Positions 63,681 through 64,000 of a stretch of 64,000 bases of DNA are shown here, piece by piece. Within the stretch, counting starts at the first letter, position 1. Every line of letters begins with the position of its first letter. The stretch is taken from positions 7,919 through 71,918 of the forward strand of contig LJTT01000006.1 of assembly GCA_001303585.1 (NCBI GenBank). The letters are read 5' to 3'. The DNA is from Betaproteobacteria bacterium SG8_41. Its GTDB lineage: Bacteria; Pseudomonadota; Gammaproteobacteria; Burkholderiales; SG8-41. The notes beneath the pieces are model-generated. The model saw nothing but the letters and a program-made list of their open reading frames with translations, made no database searches and was not told where the DNA came from. The translations under genes and the position numbers were made by a program.

Positions 63681-64000
63681 CTAGCCCGTTCCGAGGTAGA
63701 TTTCCTGCACCTTGGCGCTGCGGCGCACGGCGTCGGTCGGACCATCCTCCACCACCTCGCCGAAGTGCAGGACCGAGATGTGATCGACCACGTCGAAGAC
63801 GACGTCCATGTCGTGCTCGATGAGCAGGATGGCGAGCGCCGGGTCGAGGCGCTTGAGAAAGGCCGCCATCTCGCGCGACTCGCCCGAGGCGAGCCCCGCG
63901 GCGGGTTCATCGAGAAGCAGGATTTTCGGGTTGCTCGCCAGGCCCAGCACGATCTCGATCTGGCGCTGCTCGCCGTGCGATAGGTTGCGCACCTCCACGT
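63681..64000 (-). CDS. livG: branched-chain amino acid ABC transporter ATP-binding protein (LivG-like), 3' part; 5' end outside window
   Basis: LSHGEQRQIEI (signature), Walker B LLLDEPAAGL, H-loop IEHDM and the C-terminal ...VQEIYLG tail. Confidence 0.85.
   Translation of the reverse strand, partial: VEVRNLSHGEQRQIEIVLGLASNPKILLLDEPAAGLASGESREMAAFLKRLDPALAILLIEHDMDVVFDVVDHISVLHFGEVVEDGPTDAVRRSAKVQEIYLGTG

Overview
A 64 kb chromosomal segment from a visibly GC-rich Gram-negative bacterium (roughly two-thirds G+C by eye, not computed). Three Bug/TctC-type solute-binding proteins, a DesA-type desaturase and an extended IF-1 paralogue point to a Burkholderiales-like or similar soil lineage, but this cannot be confirmed without a search. 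I see no rRNA, tRNA, CRISPR array, intact IS or prophage. About 60 protein genes are supported, and most are catabolic or housekeeping: cupins, MmgE/PrpD, dienelactone hydrolase, CapA, aldehyde dehydrogenase, FAH, two or three acyl-CoA dehydrogenases, an acyl-CoA synthetase, SDR, several amidohydrolases and alpha/beta hydrolases, MFS and Na+/H+ transporters, LivFG, hisG, an ABC-F ATPase, a LysR regulator and an FeS-type (6-4) photolyase. All family names come from motif recognition by eye, not from database searches. I did not find one clear-cut new multi-gene system. The points worth a second look are: (1) a family of intergenic elements built from heptanucleotide-periodic, often inverted arrays plus a conserved ~18-nt core (CGTTYATCKGCGGCTAAT), present seven times in one orientation, one copy apparently having replaced the 3' end of a DUF427 gene; (2) a perfect 10-bp tandem duplication that frameshifts the 5' end of the Uup-like ABC-F gene; (3) a P-type IIA ATPase fused in frame to a universal-stress-protein domain, with a strong internal Shine-Dalgarno sequence retained at the junction; (4) a MITE-like 270-bp element with perfect 19-bp terminal inverted repeats; (5) an lvaABCE-like kinase / small partner / acyl-CoA synthetase / ACAD cluster (4-hydroxyacid catabolism type); (6) a Cas4-like Fe-S nuclease paired with a DEDDy 3'-5' exonuclease next to an orphan type IV pilin; (7) an orphan Rap1a/Tai4-like immunity gene; (8) a decayed stretch holding only the C-terminal fragment of a type I restriction R subunit and an orphan intrinsic terminator; (9) a membrane-anchored Mrr-like endonuclease and an orphan Avd-like four-helix-bundle gene.
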